A stretch of DNA of 64,000 nt from the NCBI GenBank assembly GCA_963812135.1, contig CAWETU010000001.1, positions 2,142,018 to 2,206,017 of the forward strand. Reading direction: 5' to 3'. The stretch comes from Vulcanimicrobiota bacterium (GTDB taxonomy: Bacteria; Vulcanimicrobiota; Vulcanimicrobiia; Eremiobacterales; Eremiobacteraceae). Both the position numbers and the translations under genes were made by a program. Under the pieces are notes generated by a model, which was not told where the DNA came from, did no database searches, and saw only the letters and a program-made list of their open reading frames with translations. The stretch's first letter is position 1, and every line of letters begins with the position of its first letter. Below are positions 46,543 to 56,165 of this stretch, in pieces.

Positions 46543-47574
46543 ATGGAACGCAAGTTACGATTCGGATTGATCGGCGCCGGGCGCATCGGCAACGCGTACG
46601 CGCAGGCGTTTGAAGCCGCCGAGGCTTGTTCGCTCGCCGCCGTCGCCGATGTCCGGCCGGAGGCCGCGGCGGCGCTCGCCGATCATGCGGGATGCCTCCG
46701 GTTCGGGCGCTATCAGGACATGGCGCGCGAAGCCAAGCTGGACGCGGTGCTCATCTGCACGCCGCCCATCACACATCATGAGATCGCGCTGTATTTCATG
46801 GACCACGGCATCCACGTGCTGTGCGAGAAGCCGTTCGCGATCGACTTGGACCACGCCAAGATGATGCTTGCGGCGTCCAAACGCAATTGCGTCGCGATCA
46901 CGATGGCGTCGAAGTTCCGCTATGTCGACGACGTCGTGCGCGCCAAGAGCATCGTCACGTCGGGCATCCTCGGCGAGCTCGTGCTCTTCGAAAACGCCTT
47001 CACGTCGCGCGTGGACATGACGACGCAATGGAACTCGGATCCGGCCATCAGCGGCGGCGGCGTGCTCATCGACAACGGCACGCACTCGGTCGACATCATG
47101 CGCTATTTCCTCGGATCGCTCGCCGACGTCCAGGTCGTCGAAGGCAAGCGCACGCAGGGGCTGCAGGTGGAAGACACCGTGCGCATCTTCGTGCACAGCC
47201 AAAGCGGCGTGATGGGCAGCATCGATCTGTCGTGGAGCATCAACAAAGAGCAGGAAGCATATATCAGCATCTACGGCTCGCACGGCACGATCCAGGTCGG
47301 CTGGAAAGAATCGAAGTACCGCCAATCGTCGAGCCGGGATTGGGTCGTGTTCGGCAAGGGCTACGACAAGGTCCAGGCGCTGCGCGCGCAGGTCGACAAC
47401 TTCGCGCGCGGGATCGTCGGCGACGAGCATTTCCTCATCACGGCTGAAGACGCGCTCGCGTCGGTCGAAGTCGTGCAGGCGGCGTACGCCTCGCTGCGTC
47501 AAGACCACTGGACCGCCGTGGCCGCCAGTGCGCCGGTCGCGCAGCGCGAATTGGTCGGAGCGGGCCAGCGGTGA
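46543..47574 (+). CDS. Gfo/Idh/MocA-family oxidoreductase (second copy)
   Basis: RFGLIGAGRIG and VLCEKPFA, with a GAGG SD upstream of the ATG at 46543. Confidence 0.8.
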   Translation: MERKLRFGLIGAGRIGNAYAQAFEAAEACSLAAVADVRPEAAAALADHAGCLRFGRYQDMAREAKLDAVLICTPPITHHEIALYFMDHGIHVLCEKPFAIDLDHAKMMLAASKRNCVAITMASKFRYVDDVVRAKSIVTSGILGELVLFENAFTSRVDMTTQWNSDPAISGGGVLIDNGTHSVDIMRYFLGSLADVQVVEGKRTQGLQVEDTVRIFVHSQSGVMGSIDLSWSINKEQEAYISIYGSHGTIQVGWKESKYRQSSSRDWVVFGKGYDKVQALRAQVDNFARGIVGDEHFLITAEDALASVEVVQAAYASLRQDHWTAVAASAPVAQRELVGAGQR

Positions 47575-48209
47575 GCGTTTTCGTCCACCCGACCGCGCTG
47601 ATCGAAGCGGGCGTCTCGCTCGGCGACGGCACCGCGATCTGGGACAACGTGCACATCCGTCATTCGACATCGATCGGGCAGCGCTGCATCATCGGCGAGA
47701 AGACGCATATCGCCTACGCCGTCCAGATCGGCGACTTCGTGAAGATCAATGCGATGGTCTACATCTGTACCGCGGTGACAATCGAAAGTGGTGTGATGAT
47801 CGCCGCGGGCACGATCTTCACGAACGATCGGTTTCCGCGCGCGACGACGCCCGATCTGAGCGAGCCACGCTCGTCTGCCCCCGACGAACACACCTTGCAA
47901 ACGCTGGTGCGCGAGGGCGCGACGATCGGCGCCGGCTGCGTCATCGGCTGCGACCTGACGATCGGCCGCTTCGCGATGGTAGGCATGGGTTCGGTCGTCA
48001 CCCGCTGCGTGCCGGACTTTCATCTGGTCGTCGGCAATCCGGCGCGCTCGATCGGCGCGGTGTGCCGGTGCGGCGCGGTCGTGCGGCGTTTCAACGACGA
48101 ACCGAGCGTCGGCGTGACATTTGCCGCGGCGTGCCCGGCCTGCGCACGCGAGTTTCTTTTCGACGATGCTCGCGTGAGCGAGCGCGAGCCGGCGCTCGCG
48201 CAGGCATGA
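47571..48209 (+). CDS. left-handed beta-helix N-acyltransferase (second WbpD-like copy)
   Basis: GTGA overlap, hexapeptide repeats and a C-terminal CRCG...CPACAREF tail parallel to the gene at 31083. Confidence 0.8.
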   Translation: MSVFVHPTALIEAGVSLGDGTAIWDNVHIRHSTSIGQRCIIGEKTHIAYAVQIGDFVKINAMVYICTAVTIESGVMIAAGTIFTNDRFPRATTPDLSEPRSSAPDEHTLQTLVREGATIGAGCVIGCDLTIGRFAMVGMGSVVTRCVPDFHLVVGNPARSIGAVCRCGAVVRRFNDEPSVGVTFAAACPACAREFLFDDARVSEREPALAQA

Positions 48210-49591
48210 CGATGAGCCATTCGCGGCGCCAGACATGGGCGATCATCGGCGGCGGGTTCTTGGGGATGACCATCGCTTTGCGGCTGGCGCGCGCGGGCCG
48301 TGCGGTGACGCTCTACGAAAGCGCGCCGCAGCTCGGAGGACTTGCCAGCGCATGGAATCTCGGCGGCGTCGTGTGGGACCGCCATTACCATGTCACGCTG
48401 CAGTCGGACAGCAATTTGATGGGGCTGCTGAGCGAATTACATCTCGAAGATGAGCTCGAGTGGACGCAGACGCGCACCGGCTTCTTCGTCGACGGCAAGC
48501 TGCATTCGATGTCCAACGTCGCCGAGTTCTTGGGCTTCCCGCCGATCGGCCTCATCGACAAAGCGCGCCTAGGCGCCACTATCTTGCACGCGTCGCGCAT
48601 CTCGGACTGGCGGCCGCTCGAGTCGATCTCGGCCATCGATTGGCTCACCAAGTGGTCCGGCGAACGTTGCGTCGAGAAGTTGTGGCGGCCGCTGCTGCGC
48701 GCCAAGCTGGGCGATGATTACACGAAGGCTTCGGCGGCGTTCATCTGGGCGATCATCGCGCGCATGTACGCGGCACGTCGAACCGGCATGAAGACCGAGC
48801 GCTTCGGCTACGTGTCGGGCGGGTATGCGCGCGTCCTCGAACGCTTCGCCGAGGTGCTCGCGCGCGCGGGCGTGCAAGTGCGCACCGGCGTCCGGATCAG
48901 CGCGGTCGAGCGCGACCCGCACGGCGGGGTCTCACTTGAGTTCGCCGACGGCATCTCGACCAGCTTTGAGAACGCCGTCGTGACGCTGGCGTCGCCGCTG
49001 GCCGCTCGACTCGTCCGAGGACTGACCGAGCAAGAGTCAGCGGCGATGTCTCAAGTCGCGTATCAAGGCATCGTGTGCGCGTCGTTGCTCATGCGCAAGC
49101 CGCTCGCCGGCTACTACGTCACGAACATCACCGACGAGCGCGTGCCATTCACCGCGGTCATCGAGATGTCGGCGCTGGTCGACCGGCGCCATTTCAACGG
49201 CAACGCGCTTGTGTATCTGCCGAAATATGTCTCTCCGGAGGATCCGCTGTTCGAGCGCAGCGACGATCAGCTGCTCGAGCAGTCCCTGCGCGGGCTGACC
49301 CGCATGTACCCGAACTTCGATCCGCACGACGTGCTGTGCTTCAAGGTGTCGCGCGTGCGTTACGTGCTGCCGATTTCGACACTACACTATTCGGAGCGTC
49401 TGCCGCCTATGCAGACCTCCATACCGGGTTTGTGGACCATCGGGTCCGCACACATCGTCAACGGCACGCTGAACATCAACGAAACGTTGGGGTTGGCCGC
49501 ATCGGCCACAGCGAGGCTGTTACGCGAGGGGAGCGCGGCGCCGGCCGAGGCCAGCGCCGCACCCGAAGTCCCGTTGGCCGCCGTATCGTGA
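48206..49591 (+). CDS. FAD/NAD(P)-dependent oxidoreductase (amine-oxidase / desaturase-like fold)
   Basis: ATGA overlap, with WAIIGGGFLGMTIALRLA..V.L.E....GG dinucleotide-binding motif. Confidence 0.75.
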   Translation: MTMSHSRRQTWAIIGGGFLGMTIALRLARAGRAVTLYESAPQLGGLASAWNLGGVVWDRHYHVTLQSDSNLMGLLSELHLEDELEWTQTRTGFFVDGKLHSMSNVAEFLGFPPIGLIDKARLGATILHASRISDWRPLESISAIDWLTKWSGERCVEKLWRPLLRAKLGDDYTKASAAFIWAIIARMYAARRTGMKTERFGYVSGGYARVLERFAEVLARAGVQVRTGVRISAVERDPHGGVSLEFADGISTSFENAVVTLASPLAARLVRGLTEQESAAMSQVAYQGIVCASLLMRKPLAGYYVTNITDERVPFTAVIEMSALVDRRHFNGNALVYLPKYVSPEDPLFERSDDQLLEQSLRGLTRMYPNFDPHDVLCFKVSRVRYVLPISTLHYSERLPPMQTSIPGLWTIGSAHIVNGTLNINETLGLAASATARLLREGSAAPAEASAAPEVPLAAVS

Positions 49592-50574
49592 CGGCGGCCT
49601 CCAAGCGCCTGGCGAGCGTCTCGCTGGACCTGGACAACCAGTGGTCCTATATGAAGACGCACGGCGATGCCGGGTGGGACCAGTTCCCTTCGTATCTCGA
49701 CGTCGTCGTGCCGCGCGTGCTCGAGTTCTTGGCGCAACGCGCGCTCACGATCACCTTCTTCATCGTCGGCCAGGATGCGGCTTTAGACCGCAACCGCGAG
49801 CCAATGGCCGCGTTATCCGCCGCTGGCCACGAGATCGGCAACCACTCGTTCCATCACGAGCCGTGGCTGCATCGTTACACGCGCGAACAGGTCGACGATG
49901 AGATCGCGCGCGCCGAGGAGTGCATCGAAGCCGCCACCGGCCGGCGCCCGATCGGTTTTCGCGGGCCGGGCTTCTCCGTGTCTCCAGCAGTGCTCGACGT
50001 GCTCGTGCAGCGCGGCTACCGTTACGATGCCTCGACGTTCCCGACGTTCATCGGACCGCTGGCACGCGCGTATTACTTCATGACGAGCAAGCTCTCTGCG
50101 AGCGAACTCGAGAAACGCAAGGCGCTCTTCGGCCACTTCGCGGAGGGCTTTCGTCCGAACCGGCCATACTTGTGGCGCGCAACGGGCGGCGAACTGCTCG
50201 AGATCCCGGTGACGACGATGCCGCTGTTCCGCGTGCCGATGCACGTGAGTTACCTCCTTTACATCGGCGGTGTCTCGCCGGCGCTGGCGCGCGCGTACTT
50301 CCGCTTCGGGCTGCTGATGTGCCGGCTCTCGGGCACGCAGCCCTCGTTGCTGCTGCATCCGCTCGATTTTCTCGGCTGCGACGACACGACGGCGCTCTCG
50401 TTCTTCCCGGGCATGCAGCTGCACAGCTCGGTCAAGCTCGAACTCGTCTCGATGGCATTACAGGAGCTCGCGCTTCATTATGAGCTGACGACGATGGCGC
50501 GGCACGCGGCCGCGACGATCGCCGGACCTTTGCCCGTGACGCCGGCGACGCGCGCCGGGTTGGCTACCGGATGA
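49588..50574 (+). CDS. polysaccharide deacetylase (NodB/CE4-like)
   Basis: GTGA overlap, with TFFIVGQDA, GHEIGNHSFHHE and GFRGPGF motifs. Confidence 0.8.
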   Translation: MTAASKRLASVSLDLDNQWSYMKTHGDAGWDQFPSYLDVVVPRVLEFLAQRALTITFFIVGQDAALDRNREPMAALSAAGHEIGNHSFHHEPWLHRYTREQVDDEIARAEECIEAATGRRPIGFRGPGFSVSPAVLDVLVQRGYRYDASTFPTFIGPLARAYYFMTSKLSASELEKRKALFGHFAEGFRPNRPYLWRATGGELLEIPVTTMPLFRVPMHVSYLLYIGGVSPALARAYFRFGLLMCRLSGTQPSLLLHPLDFLGCDDTTALSFFPGMQLHSSVKLELVSMALQELALHYELTTMARHAAATIAGPLPVTPATRAGLATG

Positions 50575-53500
50575 AGCGGCTGTCCCCGTTGGCAACAGCG
50601 ATCGCCATCGCGCTCGCGGTCGCGCTCGCGATCGGCCTTGGAGCCGGCTTTGCCGCACGCCACGGCGGCGCGTCTGCAATGCTGTCGCGCACGCATTCCG
50701 GCGGCGATTTCGTCGCGTTCTATTGCGCCGGCAAGATCGCGACGTCGGGAGCCGATCCGTATCGCATCGAGCCGCTGCGCACCTGCGAACACGGGTTGGA
50801 TTCGCTCGGCGCCGCCGCGAGTGCGAGCGACGTGACGCCCGCGCCATTGCCCGGCTATTCGCTCGCGCTGTTCGGGCTGTTGGCACGTCTGCCGTACTCG
50901 ATCGCGCTCGGCGTGTGGTACCTCGTGCTGCTCGCGTCGCTCTGCGTGAGCGCCTGGACGCTAACGCGGATCACTCGGCTGCCGTGGTACGTCGTGTTGG
51001 CTGCGCTCGCCGTGCCGTTCGCCTACGTCAATTTCGTGTTCGCGCAGCTCCCGCCGCTTGCGGTCGCCGCGCTGTGCGTGGCCGCCTATTGCGTGCGCGA
51101 ACGTCGCTTCGCGCTTGCCGGCGTCGCCGCGGCCTGTTCGATGGTCGAACCCCATATCGGGCTGCCTGCGTGCGCGGCGATGTTGATCTTCTTGCCCGCC
51201 TGCCGGCTCGCACTCGCGTCGAGCGGCGGCGTGCTTGCGGTCGCCAGCCTCGCCGTCTTGGGTGTGCAAGGCAACGTCGAATACTTCACTCGGGCGCTGC
51301 CGCTTCACGCGCTCGCGGAGGCCGGCGCATCCGATCAGCTCAGCTTCACCTGGCTGCTGCACTGGTTCGGGGTCGGAGACCGCATCGCGGTCATCGCCGG
51401 CTCGGCGTCGTACCTCGTGCTGTCGGTGCTCGGCATCTTCCTCGCGCGCGGCATCGCGCGGGCGTATGGCGCCGACTATTTCATCGTGCTGCTGCCGCCG
51501 GCTGTGGCGATGCTCGGCGGCGCGTTCGTCCACAACCTGCAGTACGCGGCGGTCATACCTGCCGCGCTCGCGCTTGCCGCTGTGGTGGATTCAGCCCCGG
51601 CGTGGACCGCCGTCGCGATCCTCGCCATGCCCTGGCAAGGCACGTGGCATAGCAAGCTCTACTTCTTGGTCGCCTCGTGTGCGCTCGGAATCATCGCCTG
51701 GTACGCGAGCAATCGCCTCTTGCTCTCGCGCCGCGTCGCGGTCGTCGCCGGGGCCGTCGTCGCGTTCGCGGTTGTGACGTTTGGCATCGCGAGTCTGCCG
51801 TCCGCGACGGTCGTGACGGCAAGCCCGCCCCAGGCGTTCTTCGATTCGCTTGGGAGTGCGCAAGATCTGGCGTCGGCGGTCTGGGGCGTGCGCATGCGCA
51901 CTGAGGCCCAATACGCCGAGTCGTCGCTCCAAACGCTTGCGCAAAAACTGCCGCCGTGGACGGGGATCATCCTTTTGATCGGCGTCGCCGCGTCTGCGCT
52001 CGCCGCGCAGCGGCGCGTGGCGCGCGCATCACCTGCCCCCGATCGACCGGCGGCGCGCCTGCCGGCGAGCGTCGGCGTGCTCGTGGCGCTCGTCGTCGCC
52101 AACGTCTGCATCGCTTTGACCTTGAGCGCGCTCTTGAACATGGACACCGACGAGTCGTATACGATGCACACGACGTCGGGCAGTGCCCATTACGCGGTCA
52201 CAGAGTCCTTGCGCTTCGAGTTCCAGCCGCCGTTGTATTTCGCCGGCATGTGGGCGTGGCGCCAGATCAACGACTCGGTCTTCTTCGGACGCCTGTTCTC
52301 CGTGCTGTGCATCGCGGTCACGATCGTGCTCGTCTGGGCGCTTTCCAAACGCATCGCGCCGGCCACCAACCCGGCATGGCTCACCTCGGCGGTCGCGCTC
52401 AACCCGTTCGTCATCTGGTGTGCCGTCGAAATGCGCGTGTACGCGTTGGTGATGCTGCTGTCGACGCTGCTGCTGCTCACGTTTTACGACGGCTTCATCG
52501 CGCCGATGCGCTCGCGCGCCGCACAGGTCGGCTTCGCTGCGACCGCGATCGTGGCGCTGTACACATTTTACTTCATCGGGTTCTTACTCGTCGGTTTTGG
52601 CGCGGCGCTGCTGGCGATGCGCCGCTGGCGCGCGCTGGGGGCGTTCGCAGTAGTTGTGGCGGCCGTTGGGCTGGCGTTCGTGCCGCTCGCGGCGCTGGTC
52701 AGCCGCCAAGCGTCGGCTTCGGTCAGCGATTTCGGCGAGCGTTTTTCGTTCGTCGACGCGCTTGCTATCCTCGCCAAAGTGCTTGCGCTGGCCGCGATGC
52801 CGATCCGTTGGGCCCAGTGGCACGGCCTGTGGTTGATCTTCTTGGTCGCGCTCGCGGTGTTCGCCGTCCACGTCGTCCGCTCGATGGCGGCGGCCTGGCC
52901 GCCGCGCGCGACGCCCCAGCTGGCAGCAACGGCGTGCGCCGTCGCCGTCGCTTCCATCGCGTTCGCGGCGGCGCTCACCTACACGCAGCAGCCGCTCGCC
53001 AATCGCTATGTCGCGTTCTTATTCGTGCCGCTCATGGCCGCGGGCTACGCAGCGTTCTCGGCGTTCGACAACTACGTGCGGCGCGCGCTCGCCGCGGTCG
53101 CGCTCGGCGTCGCGCTGCTCGCAGGCGGCGTTTCGCTGCTGTACGAGTACGGCCCGATCGCGAAGACCGGCGACTGGTACAGAGTCGCATCCTACCTCAT
53201 GCATCAGGAGCAGCCGGATCAGCCGATCTTGGTCTTTGAGGCCGAAGCCGCCGTGCCGCTGACATACTACTATCGAGGGGCGAACCAACTCGTACCCGTT
53301 CCCCGGGCCCTCGACATGCAGACCTACGACCTGCACGCCCTCGCGCTGACGAGCGAGCGCGATGTGGCGGCGGCGCTCGCGCGCGTGCCTGGGCCGCACC
53401 ACTTCATCTGGGTCGTGACCACCGACTACTGCAGCACGGGCGCGCTCGATTTCCATTGCCCGGTGTTCGAATCGTATCTGGCCAAGCATTACGCCGTCGT

Positions 53501-53579
53501 CCGCCAGCTCAGCTTCTACAAATCGACGTTGCGCCAGTTCGAACGGCGCGAAGACACGTCGATGGATGTGCGACCATGA
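50571..53579 (+). CDS. 1002-aa polytopic membrane protein that appears to fuse two GT-C-type modules (DUF2029/GT87-like N-half + PMT_2/ArnT-like C-half)
   Basis: ATGA overlap and more than 20 predicted TM helices. The N-half has 'GGDFVAFYCAG..GADPY'. The C-half has 'DTDESYTMHT...FQPPLYFAGMWAWRQI..FFGRLFSVLCIAVTIVLVW' plus a soluble C-terminal tail. Confidence 0.65.
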   Translation: MKRLSPLATAIAIALAVALAIGLGAGFAARHGGASAMLSRTHSGGDFVAFYCAGKIATSGADPYRIEPLRTCEHGLDSLGAAASASDVTPAPLPGYSLALFGLLARLPYSIALGVWYLVLLASLCVSAWTLTRITRLPWYVVLAALAVPFAYVNFVFAQLPPLAVAALCVAAYCVRERRFALAGVAAACSMVEPHIGLPACAAMLIFLPACRLALASSGGVLAVASLAVLGVQGNVEYFTRALPLHALAEAGASDQLSFTWLLHWFGVGDRIAVIAGSASYLVLSVLGIFLARGIARAYGADYFIVLLPPAVAMLGGAFVHNLQYAAVIPAALALAAVVDSAPAWTAVAILAMPWQGTWHSKLYFLVASCALGIIAWYASNRLLLSRRVAVVAGAVVAFAVVTFGIASLPSATVVTASPPQAFFDSLGSAQDLASAVWGVRMRTEAQYAESSLQTLAQKLPPWTGIILLIGVAASALAAQRRVARASPAPDRPAARLPASVGVLVALVVANVCIALTLSALLNMDTDESYTMHTTSGSAHYAVTESLRFEFQPPLYFAGMWAWRQINDSVFFGRLFSVLCIAVTIVLVWALSKRIAPATNPAWLTSAVALNPFVIWCAVEMRVYALVMLLSTLLLLTFYDGFIAPMRSRAAQVGFAATAIVALYTFYFIGFLLVGFGAALLAMRRWRALGAFAVVVAAVGLAFVPLAALVSRQASASVSDFGERFSFVDALAILAKVLALAAMPIRWAQWHGLWLIFLVALAVFAVHVVRSMAAAWPPRATPQLAATACAVAVASIAFAAALTYTQQPLANRYVAFLFVPLMAAGYAAFSAFDNYVRRALAAVALGVALLAGGVSLLYEYGPIAKTGDWYRVASYLMHQEQPDQPILVFEAEAAVPLTYYYRGANQLVPVPRALDMQTYDLHALALTSERDVAAALARVPGPHHFIWVVTTDYCSTGALDFHCPVFESYLAKHYAVVRQLSFYKSTLRQFERREDTSMDVRP

Positions 53580-54589
53580 CGCGCTTCGATGCGATCGTCG
53601 TCGACCACGTGTGGAAGTCGTTCCCGACCGCGACGGGTGCGGCCGTGTGGCTGCGCCATCTCGGGCGGCCGCCACGGCGGACGGTGCTGTATGACGTTTC
53701 GCTCACCGTCGCTCCAGGCGAGCTGTTCGCGTTGCTCGGGCCGAACGGCGCGGGCAAGACCTCGCTGCTCAAGCTGCTCGCGACCTTGTCCATCCCCGAC
53801 CGCGGCCGCATTACTGTGGGCGGTGTTGACGCCGCTCGCAATCCGCTTGTCGCGAAGCAGCGCATCGGGCTGTGCACCAGTGAAGAGCGCAGTTTCTATT
53901 TCCGGCTAACGGCGCGGGCCAATCTCGAGTTCTTCGGCGCCCTTGCGGGGCTGCGCGGCCAAGTGTTGCAGCGCCGCATCGACGAGGTGGTGGAGCTGGT
54001 GGACCTGGGCGCGTCGCTTGACCGGCGTTTCGAAAGCTACTCCTCAGGTATGCGCCAGCGGCTCACGGTCGCGCGCGCGTTGCTGGCCGATCCCGACGTA
54101 CTGCTGCTGGACGAGCCGACGCGCGCGGTCGATCCGATCCACGCCGAAGCCATCCGCGAGCTCATCCGCGTCGAATTGGTCGGACGCCAACGCAAGACGG
54201 TCGTCCTCGCCACGAACCTGCTTGAGGAAGCGTGGCGGATGTGCGATCGCATCGCCGTGATCAACGAGGGGCGCATCGTCGCGCTCGGGCCGCCGCGCTC
54301 GCTCGATGGACAACTCAACGCGGTGCGCAGGTTCGACGTCACGCTCGACCGCGTCGATGAAGACCTGCTCGCGCGGACGAGATCCATCGCAGGCTTCGCC
54401 GGCCTCGATATCGCCAGCTCGGCCGCCGGGGTCACGATGACCATCCGGCTCGACCCATCGGACTCGGCGCTCGGGGATCTCATGCGCGCGGTCACGTCCA
54501 ACGGAGCGGTGCTGCGCGATTTCCGGCCCGTCGAAGTGCATCCGGTCGAGATCTTCAAGAGCGTCGTGCAGGTGCGTGGCGATGCTTGA
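53576..54589 (+). CDS. ABC transporter ATP-binding protein (ABC-2/DrrA-type with C-terminal accessory domain)
   Basis: Walker A GPNGAGKTS, signature YSSGMRQRL and Walker B LLLDEPT. About 110 aa of C-terminal extension. Confidence 0.9.
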   Translation: MTRFDAIVVDHVWKSFPTATGAAVWLRHLGRPPRRTVLYDVSLTVAPGELFALLGPNGAGKTSLLKLLATLSIPDRGRITVGGVDAARNPLVAKQRIGLCTSEERSFYFRLTARANLEFFGALAGLRGQVLQRRIDEVVELVDLGASLDRRFESYSSGMRQRLTVARALLADPDVLLLDEPTRAVDPIHAEAIRELIRVELVGRQRKTVVLATNLLEEAWRMCDRIAVINEGRIVALGPPRSLDGQLNAVRRFDVTLDRVDEDLLARTRSIAGFAGLDIASSAAGVTMTIRLDPSDSALGDLMRAVTSNGAVLRDFRPVEVHPVEIFKSVVQVRGDA

Positions 54590-55430
54590 CGCTCGACCGG
54601 CAACGGTGCTGACGCAGCCCGACGTCGCAGGCACGATGCATCGCGCGCTCGCGATCTTCGTGCGCGATGCGCGCCTCGCCCTGGCATATCCGGCGAGCTT
54701 CTGGCTGCAGTGGCTCAACATACTCGTCTCGATCGCGATGGCGTTCTTCCTAGCGCGGCTGTTCGGATCGTCTGCCAAGTTCGGGTTCCATGGGCCTGCG
54801 AGCTACTTCTTCTTCCTCACGGTGAACCTCGCGTTCGTGCGCTTCCAGCAGACCGCGCTCATGAGCTTCGCGCAAGCGATCCGCGATGCGCAGACGGCCG
54901 GCACGCTCGAGGTCATCCTGGCGACGCCGACGCGCCTGCCGGTCATCGTGCTTTCGGCCGGGCTGTGGGCGTTCGGCTTCACCGCGTTGCAGACGGCCGT
55001 GTATCTGGGAGTCGCGGTGCTGTTCGGTTTGGATCTCGCGCACGCGAACATCGGCGCCGCGGCGCTCTTCATCATGCTCACGATCACGTGTTTGTCGACC
55101 GTCGGCGTCATGGCGGCGGCGGCGGTCATGACGTTCAAACAAGTCGGGCCGCTCGACTTCATGATGGCAGGCGCCACGAATCTGTTCGGCGGCGTCTACT
55201 TCCCGCTGACCATCCTGCCGCTGCCGCTGCAGGTCATCGGCTGGCTGCTCCCGATCACCCACGCGTTGAGCGGAATCCGCGGCGCGCTGCACGGCGCGTC
55301 GCTCGCGCAATTGGCGCCGGATGCGCTGTGGCTCAGCGTCGCTACTGTTATCCTCTTGCCGGTTTCTCTCGTGATCTTCGGCCACGCCGTGCGGCGCGCC
55401 AAAGTCGACGGCACGCTGGGGCAATACTGA
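54576..55430 (+). CDS. ABC-2-type transporter permease
   Basis: 284 aa with 6 TM. It overlaps the ATPase gene end, which is the typical ABC-2 exporter gene pair. Confidence 0.85.
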   Translation: MAMLDARPATVLTQPDVAGTMHRALAIFVRDARLALAYPASFWLQWLNILVSIAMAFFLARLFGSSAKFGFHGPASYFFFLTVNLAFVRFQQTALMSFAQAIRDAQTAGTLEVILATPTRLPVIVLSAGLWAFGFTALQTAVYLGVAVLFGLDLAHANIGAAALFIMLTITCLSTVGVMAAAAVMTFKQVGPLDFMMAGATNLFGGVYFPLTILPLPLQVIGWLLPITHALSGIRGALHGASLAQLAPDALWLSVATVILLPVSLVIFGHAVRRAKVDGTLGQY

Positions 55431-56143
55431 TGATGGCGGCGCGCGACGCTGCAGCCGTGGTAGCGCCTGTCAGCCGCCACTGCGTGATGGTCGCGCCCGG
55501 ATATGACGCGACGCCGGCGCTTGTCGAGCGTTTGACCGCTGCCTTGAACGAGAGCGGCGCAGCGGTGGCCATCGCCTCGCCGTTCGCACGCGGCGGGCGG
55601 CTGCACGACCGCTCGTGGGTGGCCCGCATGGTGACCGCGTGGAGCAACGGGTTCTTGTCGCTTGCCGCACACGGCGACGTCGCAACGGTCGTCGGCACGA
55701 TCCGCGTGTGCGAGCCCGAAGCACTCGACCGCATCCTGGCGAGTGCGCCGGGGATCGATCTCGATGCCGAAGTCGTGCTTCAGGCGCGCCGGCTTCATCT
55801 GGGCATCGTCGAGGTGCCCGCGGAGCTCGAGCGCACCGGACCTGCCGGTCGTTACTCGACGAGGAGCGTGAGTGCAGCCGCCGCGCGCTGCTGGGCGCGG
55901 GTGCGTTGCGGACTTTTCTATCGCCCTTCACTGTGGCTAGCATTGCCCGGTTTGTTTCCCGGATTGCTGCCCTTGGTCGTCGCGTTTCTTCTATTAGTAC
56001 ACGCCTCGCCCGGCCAGCTCACGCTGTGGACGATCGTCACGCTGATCGTGCAGTACGGCAGTCTTGGGTTGTTCTCGTGGCAGGCGGTTGGGTTTGCGTT
56101 CAAACGCTGGTTCCGGCGGGACACTCGTCCAAGCACCTCATAG
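55430..56143 (+). CDS. short GT2-like protein lacking the central DxD region, with C-terminal TM helices
   Basis: The ATG overlaps the permease stop. 'VMVAPGYDATPALVERL' and 'VAIASPFARGGRL...GTIRVCEPEAL...EVVLQARRLHLGIVEVPAEL' parallel gene 44240. The segment carrying NDGS/DxD is absent. Confidence 0.6.
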   Translation: MMAARDAAAVVAPVSRHCVMVAPGYDATPALVERLTAALNESGAAVAIASPFARGGRLHDRSWVARMVTAWSNGFLSLAAHGDVATVVGTIRVCEPEALDRILASAPGIDLDAEVVLQARRLHLGIVEVPAELERTGPAGRYSTRSVSAAAARCWARVRCGLFYRPSLWLALPGLFPGLLPLVVAFLLLVHASPGQLTLWTIVTLIVQYGSLGLFSWQAVGFAFKRWFRRDTRPSTS

Positions 56144-56165
56144 TAGCGTCACGTTGGAGGTGCGT

